The translations under genes were made by a program, and so were the position numbers. Shown here piece by piece: positions 1 through 12,089 of a DNA stretch of 64,000 nucleotides. Numbering within the stretch: the stretch's first letter is position 1; each line of letters begins with the position of its first letter. Source of the DNA: Eledone cirrhosa. Its lineage: Eukaryota. The stretch spans positions 31,186,001 to 31,250,000 of the forward strand of contig OZ024752.1 in assembly GCA_964016885.1 (NCBI GenBank), read 5' to 3'. Under the pieces are notes generated by a model, which ran no database searches, was not told where the DNA came from, and saw nothing but the letters and a program-made list of their open reading frames with translations.

Positions 1-53
1 TATCCCCCGCTCCACCACCCTCACCCCACGCCACCGCACACCCACCCACCCAC

Positions 54-679
54 CGTCTCCCCTTCCCCATCACCTATCACCCCTCCACCTTACCCCTCCA
101 CCGCACCATCCGCCGCCTCTTCCGACGCCTCCAGTCCGACCCCTCCACCTCCCACATCTTCCCAACCCCACCACTCCCCTCCTTCAAACGCGCACGCAAT
201 CTCCGCACCCTCCTCGTCCACAGCTCCCTACCCCCCAACCCAAGCTCTGGGCCCCCCCCCCCGGTTCCTTCCCCTGTTCTAGGCCCCGCTGCAACACCTG
301 TCCCCACAACACCAACACCACCACCTTCCAGGGTCCCAACGGCCACCCTCTCTCGGTCCGGCATGCCTTCCGCTGCACCTCCTCCAACCTAGTTTACGGA
401 CTTCGCTGCACGGAGTGCCGCGCGACTTATGTCGGACAGACGGGACGTCGCCTGGCGGACCGAGTCACGGAGCACCTCCGGGATATTCGTCTCGGGGGCA
501 GTTCCCCCATCGCCCGCCACTTTGGTGGCCCTGGACACTCCGCACACCATCTCACAGTCTGTGGCCTACTCCAGTGCCACGGAACACCCGCCCATCGCCT
601 TACGGTCGAACAACGCACTATCTTCATCTTACAGACCCACACTCCCCCCGGCCTGAACTCCCCACCCTTATTCCTTTAG
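54..679 (+). pseudogene. PLE C-terminal Cys-rich motif + GIY-YIG endonuclease, frameshifted at the C-run 252-262, truncated by the window edge
   Basis: Frame 2 from 263: GSFPCSRPRCNTCPH...FRCTSSNLVYGLRCTECRATYVGQTGRRLADRVTEHLRDIR...EQRTIFILQTHTPPGLNSPPLFL* (TAG 677-679). Shows the VY-x-YVG-xT-R-R-EH GIY-YIG pattern and terminal PxGLN. Not in the ORF track. Confidence 0.85.
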
Positions 680-1669
680 CGTTCGACCGCCCCCTCCCCC
701 CACACTTATCCCCCACTAACACCACTAACACACCCCTCCTTTTCACCGCCCACCCCACACTAACAATACTAACACCTCCACTCACCCCTCATCTGACCAC
801 CCTTGCCCAACTAACATACTAACATCCCTTCCCTCCCCTCTTCTCCTCCTCCTCCCCCCTTCTTATCACACGCACACACTTACACCACCCACCCCACACG
901 CAACTAACATCGCTAACACCCCCCCCAACCCCACACACCCTCGTACACCACCAACTCTACACACCCTACCACCACTAACCACCACTCACACCTGCATTCC
1001 ACCCCTCCCCATCTCCCGTATACTAACACCCACTAACACCTCTTCACCAAACTACACACACACACCAGTACACCACACTCCCTCCATAGAACCACACACA
1101 CCCTTCTCTCCCCGCTCCACCCACACCCCCGCTCCGCACTCACTCATCCCACTAACACCCCTACTAATACACACACACACACACACCCTCCTCACTCCAA
1201 CTCTCACACCTACCCATCCTCACCTCCCTACCATTCCACCGTCTACTGCTATGACCTCCCAGCACCAACTGACCACAGCACTCCCACTGCTGACCACTTT
1301 CTGTTGCGCGCGCACCCCACATCTCTCCTCTTCCGACCACCGCTTCTTGGATTACCCACACGCGAAATTGACTTATAACCAAACCTCCAAACATCCGTGG
1401 AACTTACCAACTTTTCAACCATCCTCTTACGCCATCACCTATATAACTCACCCACACACATCCCCAAACATTTTTTTTTCTCCACACGCCACCCACACCC
1501 ACAACACGCTTAAACCCCACACACACGTGCTTCCCACCACATATTTACACCCTCGGCCTCCTGATTCCTCTCCCCCCACCCTCTATCCACACACGCACAC
1601 ACTCCGACCCCCCCCCCCCCCCCCGCACCTCTTCCTGAACATGCAACCCCGTTCTTCCCCCAACCCTCA

Positions 1670-1733
<64 letters not shown>

Positions 1734-2027
1734 ACCTTCAGCCCTCCCCGCTCGGACACCCCGTCTCCCTCTCCCCACTCCACCCGCCACCACCCCTACT
1801 CACCCCACACCCTTCCACCACCTGTTTACCCCCCTTTTAATTTCAGTTTATTTTGATCACGCCTTATTTTTTTATTTTTTCATTCCTTGTATTTTGATCA
1901 TGCTTTATTTTTATTTTTTATATTTTTTGTCTTCATTTGTTAATTTTTCATTCGCACCGTTTCCTTTCGCTATATGTCTCTCCACCACTCCCCTACACAC
2001 CTTTTGAACTCTGTTCCCACACACTTC

Positions 2028-2060
2028 TCACCTGAGGAAGGGCTTATGCCCGAAACGTCG
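2028..2060 (+). ncRNA. Minimal hammerhead-like motif of a PLE terminal repeat
   Basis: CTGAGGA-A-GGGC-TTAT-GCCC-GAAA-CG-TC. Stem I pairing is weak. Confidence 0.6.
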
Positions 2061-2148
2061 TCCCCCACCTACCCCCCACTCTCCTGAGCGTGAATTTAAT
2101 AAACATTTATTGTACTGCCTCTCTGTTCTGTCCCTGTTCAAATTTTTC

Positions 2149-2194
<46 letters not shown>

Positions 2195-2360
2195 GTGTGT
2201 GTGTGTATGAAAGGATGGGTTGGGGTTTTCAAAATGTTGCCGATTCCCCTCCCCATTTATTCCACCCCTCTCCCCGCGTATTCCACCCCCTCCCTGTTAT
2301 TTTGGATCTGTGTTTTCTTTGTCTTTAAAAAAAATAGTTCATCTAGGTAAGCTATATTCA

Positions 2361-3492
2361 GTAGTTTAGTGGAAACATCGAACCAGTTTAGTGGGAACAT
2401 CGAACCAGTTTAGTGGGAACATCGAGCCAGTTTAGTGGAAACATCGGACTAGTTTAGTGGGAACATCGAACCAGTTTAGTGGAAACATCGGACTAGTTTA
2501 GTGGGAATATCGAACCAGTTTAGTGGAAACATCGAACCAGTTTAGTGGGAACATCGAACCAGTTTAGTGGAAACATCGGACTAGTTTAGTGGGAATATCG
2601 AACCAGTTTAGTGGAAACATCGAACCAGTTTAGTGGGAACATCGAACCAGTTTAGTGGAAACATCGGACTAGTTTAGTGGGAATATCGAACCAGTTTAGT
2701 GGAAACATCGAACCAGTTTTCAATGAAAGTAATCAGGTAAGGTATATTTAGAAGCTTAGGAGAAACATTTAACCAGTTTAGTGGGAACATCGAACCAGTT
2801 TAGTGGGAACATCGAGCCAGTTTAGTGGAAACATCGGACTAGTTTAGTGGGAACATCGAACCAGTTTAGTGGAAACATCGGACTAGTTTAGTGGGAATAT
2901 CGAACCAGTTTAGTGGAAACATCGAACCAGTTTAGTGGGAACATCGAACCAGTTTAGTGGAAACATCGGACTAGTTTAGTGGGAATATCGAACCAGTTTA
3001 GTGGAAACATCGAACCAGTTTTCAATGAAAGTAATCAGGTAAGGTATATTTAGAAGCTTAGGAGAAACATTTAACCAGTTTAGTGGGAACATCGAACCAG
3101 TTTAGTGGGAACATCGAGCCAGTTTAGTGGAAACATCGGACTAGTTTAGTGGGAACATCGAACCAGTTTAGTGGAAACATCGGACTAGTTTAGTGGGAAT
3201 ATCGAACCAGTTTAGTGGAAACATCGAACCAGTTTAGTGGGAACATCGAACCAGTTTAGTGGAAACATCGGACTAGTTTAGTGGGAATATCGAACCAGTT
3301 TAGTGGAAACATCGAACCAGTTTAGTGGGAACATCGAACCAGTTTAGTGGAAACATCGGACTAGTTTAGTGGGAATATCGAACCAGTTTAGTGGAAACAT
3401 CGAACCAGTTTTCAATGAAAGTAATCAGGTAAGGTATATTTAGAAGCTTAGGAGAAACATTTAACCAGTTTAGTGGGAACATCGAACCAGTT
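2361..3492. repeat. 22-bp minisatellite (CCAGTTTAGTGGRAACATCGAA) with higher-order blocks
   Basis: Tandem units, interrupted three times by the same ~55-bp insert (TTCAATGAAAGTAATCAGG...CATTTAA) near 2719, 3021 and 3411. Confidence 0.95.
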
Positions 3493-3684
3493 TTCAATGA
3501 AAGTGATCCTACAAAGATATCTTTAACTGTTAAATTACAAGATAAACGTATTCACTTATTTTACTAAGCTGGCATGTAACTTTGTTTTCACTGTAGTTTC
3601 TCGTATTTACAGAGAGAGGGGGAAAGCTATAGAGGGTTGTTAACATATTTGCTCTGATATTTAGATTCTTGTCCCAGCCAACCC

Positions 3685-3960
3685 CTCTCTCTCTCTTTCG
3701 TTCATTTTCTCTCTCTCTAACTCTTTCGTTTCTTCTTTCTCTCTCTAACTCTTTCGTTTCTTCTTTCTCTCTTTTCGTTCTTTCTTTCTCTCTCGTTCTG
3801 TCTCTCTCTCTCTCTCGTTATGTCTCTCTCTCTCTCGTTATGTCTCTCTCTCTCGTTCTGTCTCTCTCTCTCTCTCTCGTTCTGTCTCTCTCTCTCTCTC
3901 TCTCTCGTTCTGTCTCTCTCTCTCTCTCGTTCTGTCTCTCTCTCTCTCGTTCTGTCTCTC

Positions 3961-4023
<63 letters not shown>
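3685..4023. repeat. (CT)n-rich microsatellite
   Basis: Direct reading. Confidence 0.95.
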
Positions 4024-4024
<1 letters not shown>

Positions 4025-5106
4025 GTTTCAATTATTAATTAACTTTACCTTAAGTAGATAAGAACGATGAGTTTCCGGTAGGACTTTTTTTGAAAGAAAG
4101 TCTGCTGCAATATATCTAAATATCTAAAATATATCTCATTTTTTTTTTCTCCAATTTTTATTTGTATATTCACTTATCTCTGTCTACTAGATACTTCCGC
4201 TAGTGATTCATGGCTTACTAGCTCTATACGGACATCTAAATTGATATTTTTATATTCAGTTATCTTTGTATATCTTGCTTTTTTTTTTGTTACTCAACTG
4301 TAAGAAGTGCTAGATACTTCCCCTAGCTTGGCATGGCTTACTAGCTCTATACGGACGTCTAAATTTGATTAAATGGATAATTATATATTTATGATGTTTG
4401 GGAATATACCTAGGAGGTTTGGTTGCTATTGTTACTAGCAGCTGAAGTGACAGCATCATGGCTTCTTCATCTGGAGTCTGTTGTATTGGTGAAAGCTATA
4501 AGAACACATCACTGTTTTACAGTAGAATAGCAGAGTCGGTAGAGCGCCGGACAACATGCTTTGCAGCATATAGTTACGTCCCTTTATTTTTATGGGCTCA
4601 AATCCGGCAGAGGTTAGCTTTGCCTTTCTTCCTAACTGGTCATCTGACCTGACTTATCTCACAACAGGGCAACTCGTCTAACCCATACGGACATTAAAAG
4701 ATGATGTTGATGATTCTCTTTAAGATAATATGAAACCACACAGAAACCTAGGTGCTGTTTATAATAGATAACAAACACCTGAAGGTAAACCATATGCAGG
4801 CTATTCAAAAGAATGAGACAATTCATATTTTGTAAGGTAGACATCTCAATATCTTTTTGTACATATTATAATTTGTTAAATGATTGATGGTTCTTTGAAG
4901 ATAAACAACATAGACTGTGAATGTTTAGCTTTTGACTGTAAATTATTGAACAGGTGTCTGTCCTATTATTAACTATTATGAAATAGCAGCTTGTGCATGT
5001 GTATTGATCATACACTAGACTAGAAGTTGGCTATCTAGTCTATCTATCACTCCTTTCTATCTTTCACTCCTTTCTATCTTTCTTTTGTTCAAACTCAGAG
5101 AATAAT

Positions 5107-5372
5107 CATCATCATCATCATTTCATTTTACGTCCACTTTTCCCTGCTTGCAAGGGTGGGACGGGAACTGATTCTGGCTTGATTTCTACAGCTGGATGCC
5201 CTTCCTAACACCAACCTCATTTACAGTGAGTGCTGAGTGCTTTTTTGTCGTGGCACCTCCACGACCACTTTGCAGTGGAATGATAGGGACCCCAGTCCCT
5301 ATCATCTCATTTCTACAGCTGAGTAAACTGGAGCAATGTGAAATAAAGTGTCCTTGCTCAAGAAAACAACAC
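5107..5372 (-). mobile_element. SINE 3' half with RTE-type tail ending (GAT)n
   Basis: Reverse complement of 15110-15370. Tail GGACGTAAAATG..(GAT)n is shared with the RTE at 12090-12750. Confidence 0.75.
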
Positions 5373-5412
5373 ATCATATGTATATAATTTAGACTAGGGT
5401 ATCCAAGAGTGG

Positions 5413-5675
5413 TGGAGGTGCATGGCCTAGTGGTAAGAGTATTTGATTTATGATCATAATGTTGGTGGTTCGATTCCTGGACTGGGTTCCATGTTTTGTT
5501 CTTGAGCAAAACATTTCGTTTCACATTGCTCCAGTAATAGCTGGAGGTTTATCTCTGCGATGGACTAGCGCCCTTTCCAGTGGGGAGTCTTGTATTATAA
5601 TATTGCTTCATGTCCCGGAAACTGGAATAAACACTGGTCTGATGAGCCTCCGGGCTCGAGACAGACTTTAGACAT
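5413..5675 (+). mobile_element. tRNA-derived SINE (CORE-like centre)
   Basis: A box TGGCCTAGTGG, B box GGTTCGATTCC, then TGTTCTTGAGCAAAACA. Related copy on the - strand at 31460-31750. Confidence 0.7.
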
Positions 5676-6112
5676 TTAGACCCAGAAATGAGGGGGTCAC
5701 AAAATGGCAGTGTATTTTGACTCTCTGCTCTCAGAGTTCAAATCCCACCGAGGTTAACTTTGCCTTTCATCCATTCAAGATTGATAAAAAAAAAAGTACC
5801 AGTCTAATACTGGGGACGATTCTTCCTCTATATATCTCTCTCTAACTTCTTTTCTTTCACTCTCTCTATTCTTCTATAGAAGAAATCTGCTATATTCAGA
5901 CGTGGAGGGGAGATGGATTCTGCCAGGTTTTAAAAGGTGCCCTGCAAATGTTGTATGCTAAGATGGCGCCTCTACGACTCCACCAGGGGTTACAGAACTA
6001 TACATGCACCCAGAGATAACTGGCTTATTAACTCATCTAAACATAATGTAGAATATAACACCCCCCCCCCCCCCCAAGAGAACATTTTAATCTATTTTAG
6101 CAATTGCAAATA

Positions 6113-6658
6113 ATAATAATAATACTGCTACTAGCACCACCACCACTACCACTGTTACTACCACTGTTACTACTACTGTTACTACTATCACTGCTTGTGC
6201 TACTACTACTGCTGCTATCAGCACTATCACCACTACTACTATCACTACCACCACCATTACTACTACTACCACCACTATTACTACTACTACTAGAACTACT
6301 ACTATTACTACTACTAACACCATCACCATTACTACTACTATTACCACTACTACTATCACTATCACTATTACCACTACTACTATCACTACCATTACCACCA
6401 CTACTACTACTATCACTACCACCACCATTATTACTACTACTAGCACCATCACCATTACTACCACTACTACTACTACTACTATTACCAATACTACTATCAC
6501 TACCACTACTATCACTACCACTACCACCACTACTACTATTACCAATACTACTATCACTACCACCACCACCACTACTACCACTACTACTATCACTACCACT
6601 ACCACTACTACCACTACTACTATCACTACCACCACCACTACTACCACTACCACTACTA

Positions 6659-6701
<43 letters not shown>

Positions 6702-6835
6702 TACTACCACTACCACCACTACTACCACTACCACCACTACTACTATTACCAATACTACTATCACTACCACCACCACTATTACTACTATTACTACTATCAT
6801 GTACAATGATGATGATGATGATGATGATGGTGACT
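6113..6835. repeat. (ACT/ACC)n trinucleotide tract plus (GAT)n
   Basis: Direct reading. Confidence 0.95.
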
Positions 6836-7141
6836 ATGTAAGAAACCTACTTCTCTAGACAAATCATATACATGCTAATCAGAATATATTTTTATTCAAA
6901 TATATTCATTAAATTAATTCATCTTTCTTCTGAATTACTTTTGTTAACATTTAACATGTATTGCATCTTTTGATAAACCATTACCGACTCCTGGAAGAAA
7001 GATAATTGTTGCTCCTGTATGTTGAATTATTCAGGAGATGACAGATGGGAGATGAGAGACGAGAGACGAGAGACGAGAGATGACAATTTCTCGTAAACAT
7101 TATTACTCAAGTCTAGTGCTGTTGTCATGGCAAACATACCC

Positions 7142-7950
7142 AAGCTGTACTGTTACAATAGATAGGTGGTGGTGGTGGTGGTGCAAGCTGTACTGTTACA
7201 ATAGGGATGGTGGTGGTGATGATGATGGTGATGGTGGTGAAAGCTGTACTGTTACAATAGATAGGTGGTGGTGGTGGTGGTGCAAGCTGTACTGTTACAA
7301 TAGGGATGGTGGTGGTGATGATGATGGTGATGGTGGTGAAAGCTGTACTGTTACAATAGATAGGTGGTGGTGGTGGTGGTGCAAGCTGAACTGTTACAAT
7401 AGGGATGGTGATGATGATGATGATGGTGATGGTGGTGAAAGCTGTACTGTTACAATAGATAGGTGGTGGTGGTGGTGGTGGTGCAAGCTGTACTGTTACA
7501 ATAGGGATGGTGATGATGATGGTGATGGTGGTGAAAGCTGTACTGTTACAATAGATAGGTGGTGGTGGTGGTGCAAGCTGTACTGTTACAATAGGGATGG
7601 TGATGATGATGATGATGGTGATGATAGCTGTACTGTTACAATAGATAGGGATAATGGTGATGATGATGATGGTGATGATGGTGGTGGTGATGATGATGGT
7701 GATGATGGTGGTGGTGATGATAGCTGTACTGTTACAATAGATAGGGATAATGGTGGTGATGATGATGGTGATGATGGTGGTGGTGATGATAGCTGTACTG
7801 TTACAATAGATAGGGATAATGGTGGTGATGATGATGATAATGGTGGTGGTGATGATAGCTGTACTGTTACAATAGATAGGGATAATGGTGGTGATGATGA
7901 TGATGATGGTGATGCAAGCTATAGTGTTACAATAGGGATGATGGTGGTGG
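7142..7950. repeat. Compound minisatellite: fixed AGCTGTACTGTTACAATAG motif alternating with variable (GGT/GAT)n
   Basis: About 16 copies of the motif. Confidence 0.9.
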
Positions 7951-8182
7951 TGATGCAGGTTGTACTGATGATGATGGTGTCGTTAAGATCTAAATCTTCT
8001 CTACTCTCATAGAACATATCTATCTATGATCAAAGAACAATTTAGCTCTCACAATCCTGTCTTTTATTTAGACATGTTTTCTATAACTAAATTATCTGAT
8101 ATATCCCCTCATTGGCTCATCTGGTTTCGGTTATTGCATTTACACACTCACACTCACACATACACGCGCACACTCACTCACA

Positions 8183-8217
<35 letters not shown>

Positions 8218-9544
8218 TCACTCACTCACTCACACACTCACTCACACTCACACACACACACACACACACACACACATAAATATATAGAATAATACTAAGA
8301 ATAAATGGGTATATATACCCATCAAATGTTTTCTTGTTGATTGGATGTTATACATGTCTTCCGATGAAGGTCCAATTAGATCCAAAAATCACTTAAAAAT
8401 GCTAATCATTATTTTTCAATTTACAATGAAATTCGTATTTTCTGGCATGTTTACATGCCTACAAATTAGATGTGTGTATATATTCAAACACCTCTGTTTT
8501 TCCATGCTTGCATGGGTTGAATGGGTCCTTTTCAGTACAGTATTTCTCCACTTGTTGCATCCTTCATCATCTCTGCGAAATCAAGTCTTGCCACCTCCGC
8601 CCAGGTCTTTCTTAGTCTACCTCTACTGCAGTTTCCTTCCACTGGGATTTCCTGGCACTTATTCTATATTAGTTAAAAGATACTTCAGTGGGTAATAAAC
8701 AAGAAGCACTTATAATTTATATAGATCAATTCACTAAAACACAATTCTTTCTTCCTGTGCTCTAGAGTATCTAGAGTGTCTTAAAAAATGTTTGGCATCT
8801 ATGGTAGAATGAAGAGCATAAGTTGATGTGGAGTTAATTTGACAAGGAATCAGAAATTGCTGGGTGAAATAAAAGCTGTATTTCCAAAATGTCTCATTAT
8901 CCTTCACCTCAATATGTTATTGTTTTCATCACCATGTCTTATAGTTATTTGTTCCTTTAAAATATGTTATCATCTAACCATAAATAATAAAGAAAAAGGA
9001 ATTTACTATCAATGTTCGTAGGTGACCTTGAACTTTGCTTGAAACCTCAGAAATAGGCGCACTCTTTGATACAGTCTTTTGGAATTTTCATCTGAGAAAC
9101 TGGAATGTAGTTTAGTAATATATGTGCAATACTTGTAAAAAAAGCAAAAACAAAAAATATCCTAAAGTCTAAAGTCTGCCAAATACCAAGGAAATAAGAT
9201 CATATCTGAGATGTGGAAGAGAGATATATTTAGGTGTACTGCAAGATGATGAGGTGAAAACAAGAAGGAAATGAAATGTTAATTTGTAGAATAATAAATA
9301 ATGATATAAAAAGAGGGCGAGGAAGATCTTAGAAATAAAACTATGTGGATTGAATGGCATTAAATACATCAACACATGAACACTACTGTACTAATATTGT
9401 GATAAGGTCTTTGTTCAGAGGATAACAAAATATACTTGATAAAATAAATAATTGCATCAGAATGCTGTTAGTAATATACATTGGATTACTACAGGCATGA
9501 AACAGTGTTGGTAGACTGTGGTACATCAAGTAAAGGAAAGAGCT

Positions 9545-9772
9545 CACAAAAACAAGATGGTGTAGGAAAGAACAAAGGAGGGATGCAAAATATCAAATTA
9601 GTCACTGAAGAGGTCACAGAATGTGTGACGAAAGAGCTTTGACAATAAACAAATAAACAACCATCTGGTTATTAAACTAACTGACTGGAAGTTTATAATA
9701 AATTGAAGTGAAAACCAACAGGTGCATGTGTTTTTATTGGCAGCATGACCCTCCCAAAGTATAACAATATAT
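9545..9772 (+). mobile_element. PLE pLTR fragment with HHR (same family as 56543-57095 and 63204-64000)
   Basis: GTCA-CTGAAGA-GGTCACA..TGTGAC-GAAA-GAGC-TT-TGAC at 9601-9643. Ends CATGACCCTCCCAAAGTATAACAA(TA)n, as at 57070. Confidence 0.75.
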
Positions 9773-9987
9773 ATATAAATCAAAATGGATTCAGTAAGAA
9801 ACTGTTTAGACCATTACTCACCAGAGTACATGATACTTGGGGTAGTAGAGTATGATTATATGAACGAGTCAGGTCACCGACAGCTAAGCTCTTGCCATTT
9901 CAACAGCTACATATATATATATATATGAAGTAATTCCGTCGGAAAGGTCCAGGAAAAAAGAGTGCTCTATGTAGGTTACAGAGCTTA

Positions 9988-10209
9988 ATAGTTATGTAAT
10001 AAACAACATAAGATAATTATTTCATTTACCAGTGGTTTCTTGAAAGCAAACAAATCTGCTTTCAGTCATCAGAATGAAAAAAATCCTGGTGTTTTTTGGA
10101 AAAAACACCAGGATTTTTTTCATTCTGATGACTGAAAGCAGATTTGTTTGCTTTCAAGAAACCACTGGTAAATGAAATAATTATCTTATGTTGTTTATTA
10201 CATAACTAT
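9988..10209. repeat. 110-bp perfect inverted repeat (fold-back PLE terminus) with HHR
   Basis: Arms 9988-10097 and 10100-10209, loop GG. HHR at 10118-10177: TTTCATT-CTGATGA-CTGAAAGC..GCTTTCAA-GAAA-CCACTGG-TA-AATGAAA. Confidence 0.85.
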
Positions 10210-10317
10210 ATATATATAATAAAATAAAACAAGGACAAGTGGTGACTCCTTCATTACGTTTATTGGTTGGTGACATGCGTTTCGCCACTGATCAGCTCAA
10301 GGTTCGATATGTATGTT

Positions 10318-10482
10318 AAGTATTTCCGAAGAAAAGGCAAAGGAAAAAAGAGTGCTCTATGTATAATACAGAGCTATTTAATGAGAAAGTAAACAACACA
10401 ATATATAACTACTCCATTACCAAAGGTTTCAGGACCCTAGACAATATTAACTTATGTCTAGTTCGCTCATCAGCTACATTGT
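10318..10482 (-). mobile_element. Diverged PLE terminal fragment with degenerate HHR
   Basis: Minus strand CTGATGA..CTAGACA..TGTCTAG..GAAA-CCTTTGG-TA. Flank GGAAAAAAGAGTGCTCTATGTA is also at 9952-9973. Confidence 0.55.
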
Positions 10483-10500
10483 GTAGTTTAGTTTCTAATT

Positions 10501-10535
<35 letters not shown>

Positions 10536-11213
10536 GACTCATCTTCATTATTGTGATCAGTTGCATATTCCAGACAGTCTCTCCACAATTCACAATTTTC
10601 CATTGCTCCTGGCAACAGCTCTTGTTCAATTCAGCAACTGAACAACAAACCCTGATGTAACAACCACATAACTGTTATACAGCTAGTAAGATCAATAATA
10701 TACATAGAAACAAGTAAGAAAGTATTATATACAAATTATAAAGGAAAGATCAGAAATAAAATTTGTTGATCACTTGTAACACTTATTGACAAAATTGGTA
10801 GAGCATCGGTCAATGTTTTGTAGCATAGTTACGTCCCTTTACATTCTGAGTTCAAATCCCATCAAGGTTAGCTTTGCCTTTCATCCTGATGCAGGTGATA
10901 AAATAAAGTACCAGTAATGCACTGAGGTTGATTTAATTGACTTAACCCCTCCTGCCCAAGTTGTTGGCCTTGTGTCTAAATCAGAAACCATATTAGGCAG
11001 TAAAGTAAACATGGAGAGGTGCTGAAGACTGATCTTTATTTGGGAAGAATCTTTTGCAAAGTTCTTAAGAGTTTGATTTTTTTAAACTAAACCTAAAAAA
11101 AACAAAACATTATTCCATTAACAAGATCAACACGGAATTCTCTTGTTATAATCCATTCCTCTTTTATGTCTTCCAGCTGATAGGGTGAGGCAATGCTGGG
11201 GCACTGCTTTTGC

Positions 11214-11324
11214 AAAAAAAAAAAGTATGGAATGCTTCACAAATTTGCGTGTCATCCTTGTGTAGAGGCCATGTTAATCTCCGTATCTTTCCAATTTCAG
11301 AATATGTACAACCGTAGCTAGTAC
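11214..11324 (-). pseudogene. U6 snRNA retro-copy (degenerate)
   Basis: Reverse complement GTACTAGCTACGGTTGTACATATTCTGAAATTGGAAAGATACGGAGATTAACATGGCCTCTACACAAGGATGACACGCAAATTTGTGAAGCATTCCATAC(T)11 follows U6 end to end. The ACAGAGA box and AGC triad are altered. Confidence 0.9.
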
Positions 11325-11617
11325 ATTGAAAATATCTTACTTAGAAAATGAGGTTGTTTGGCAGAATCGTTAGTGTACTGACCAAAACATTTACAGCGTC
11401 TAGTTATGACCCTTTAAGTTCTGATATCAAATCGTACTAAGGCCACCGCCTATGGTTGATAAATAGATATACCAGTCCCTTACTAGCATTAATTTTTAAA
11501 TTCCTATAAATCACCCAAGATATGAATATGCTTCTAATAAGAAAACACCATTATCAAACATTATCAAATACTTCTAGCAGAATGTCTCCTATATATATTA
11601 CAAATATATTCTGTGTG

Positions 11618-11656
<39 letters not shown>

Positions 11657-11657
<1 letters not shown>

Positions 11658-11770
11658 ATAGAAATGGCTTTTACAGGACTAGAACTGTTTCATTCGGGAG
11701 AAATGATCAGGTCTTTGCTGATGATTTCTCCCGAATGAAACAGTTCTAGTCCTGTAGAAGCCATTTCTAT
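11657..11770. repeat. ~55-bp inverted repeat next to (TA)n, probable PLE terminus
   Basis: ATAGAAATGGCTT..GATCAG / CTGATG..AAGCCATTTCTAT. CTGATGA..GAAA at 11718-11740. Confidence 0.7.
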
Positions 11771-12089
11771 GTTAAATGTTAATCCTCTGCTATGTATTGA
11801 GTACCTTACTTACTGTGGTTACCCCCGATTGAACCCGGGATAAACATATATATTAAATTTTCAATCACATATATTTTCATTTGTTTGACCCGAATTACTT
11901 GGTCGTTTCTTTGGCTGTGCAGATGTTTGTTTAACCATCGTCTCAGTGTGTTTGGCTTTTAACGTATGTTGTAGCTCTGGTTCATTTGAATCATCGAGCG
12001 CTTGCCACACATCTCGGAAGTTGTTTTGCGCTAGTTCCTAAGCCGAAATACGATTCTCGCTAATTTATATTTGTATATATATATATATA

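Larger units (their letters stand above)
1..2150 (+). mobile_element. 3' part of a Penelope-like retroelement (Neptune-type): linker + GIY-YIG, long C-rich 3' UTR, HHR motif, ends in (TA)n
   Basis: Hand translation: frame 3 RLPFPITYHPSTLPLHRTIRRLFRRLQSDPSTSHIFPTPPLPSFKRARNLRTLLVHS, then frame 2 GIY-YIG (next feature). CTGAGGA..GAAA motif at 2032-2055, AATAAA at 2098, (TA)n from 2151. Confidence 0.85.

Noticed and set aside
2361-3492. CRISPR-like array
   Set aside because: No unique spacers, no cas genes, eukaryotic context.
7080-8012. 310-aa W/C/D/G-rich ORF
   Set aside because: Translation of a compound minisatellite. The same motif is read in different frames.
8355-8395. Hammerhead (CCGATGA..)
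   Set aside because: Core is mutated and GAAA is missing. At most a decayed remnant.
11214-11324. Functional U6 gene
   Set aside because: ACAGAGA box and AGC triad are mutated, with many other substitutions.
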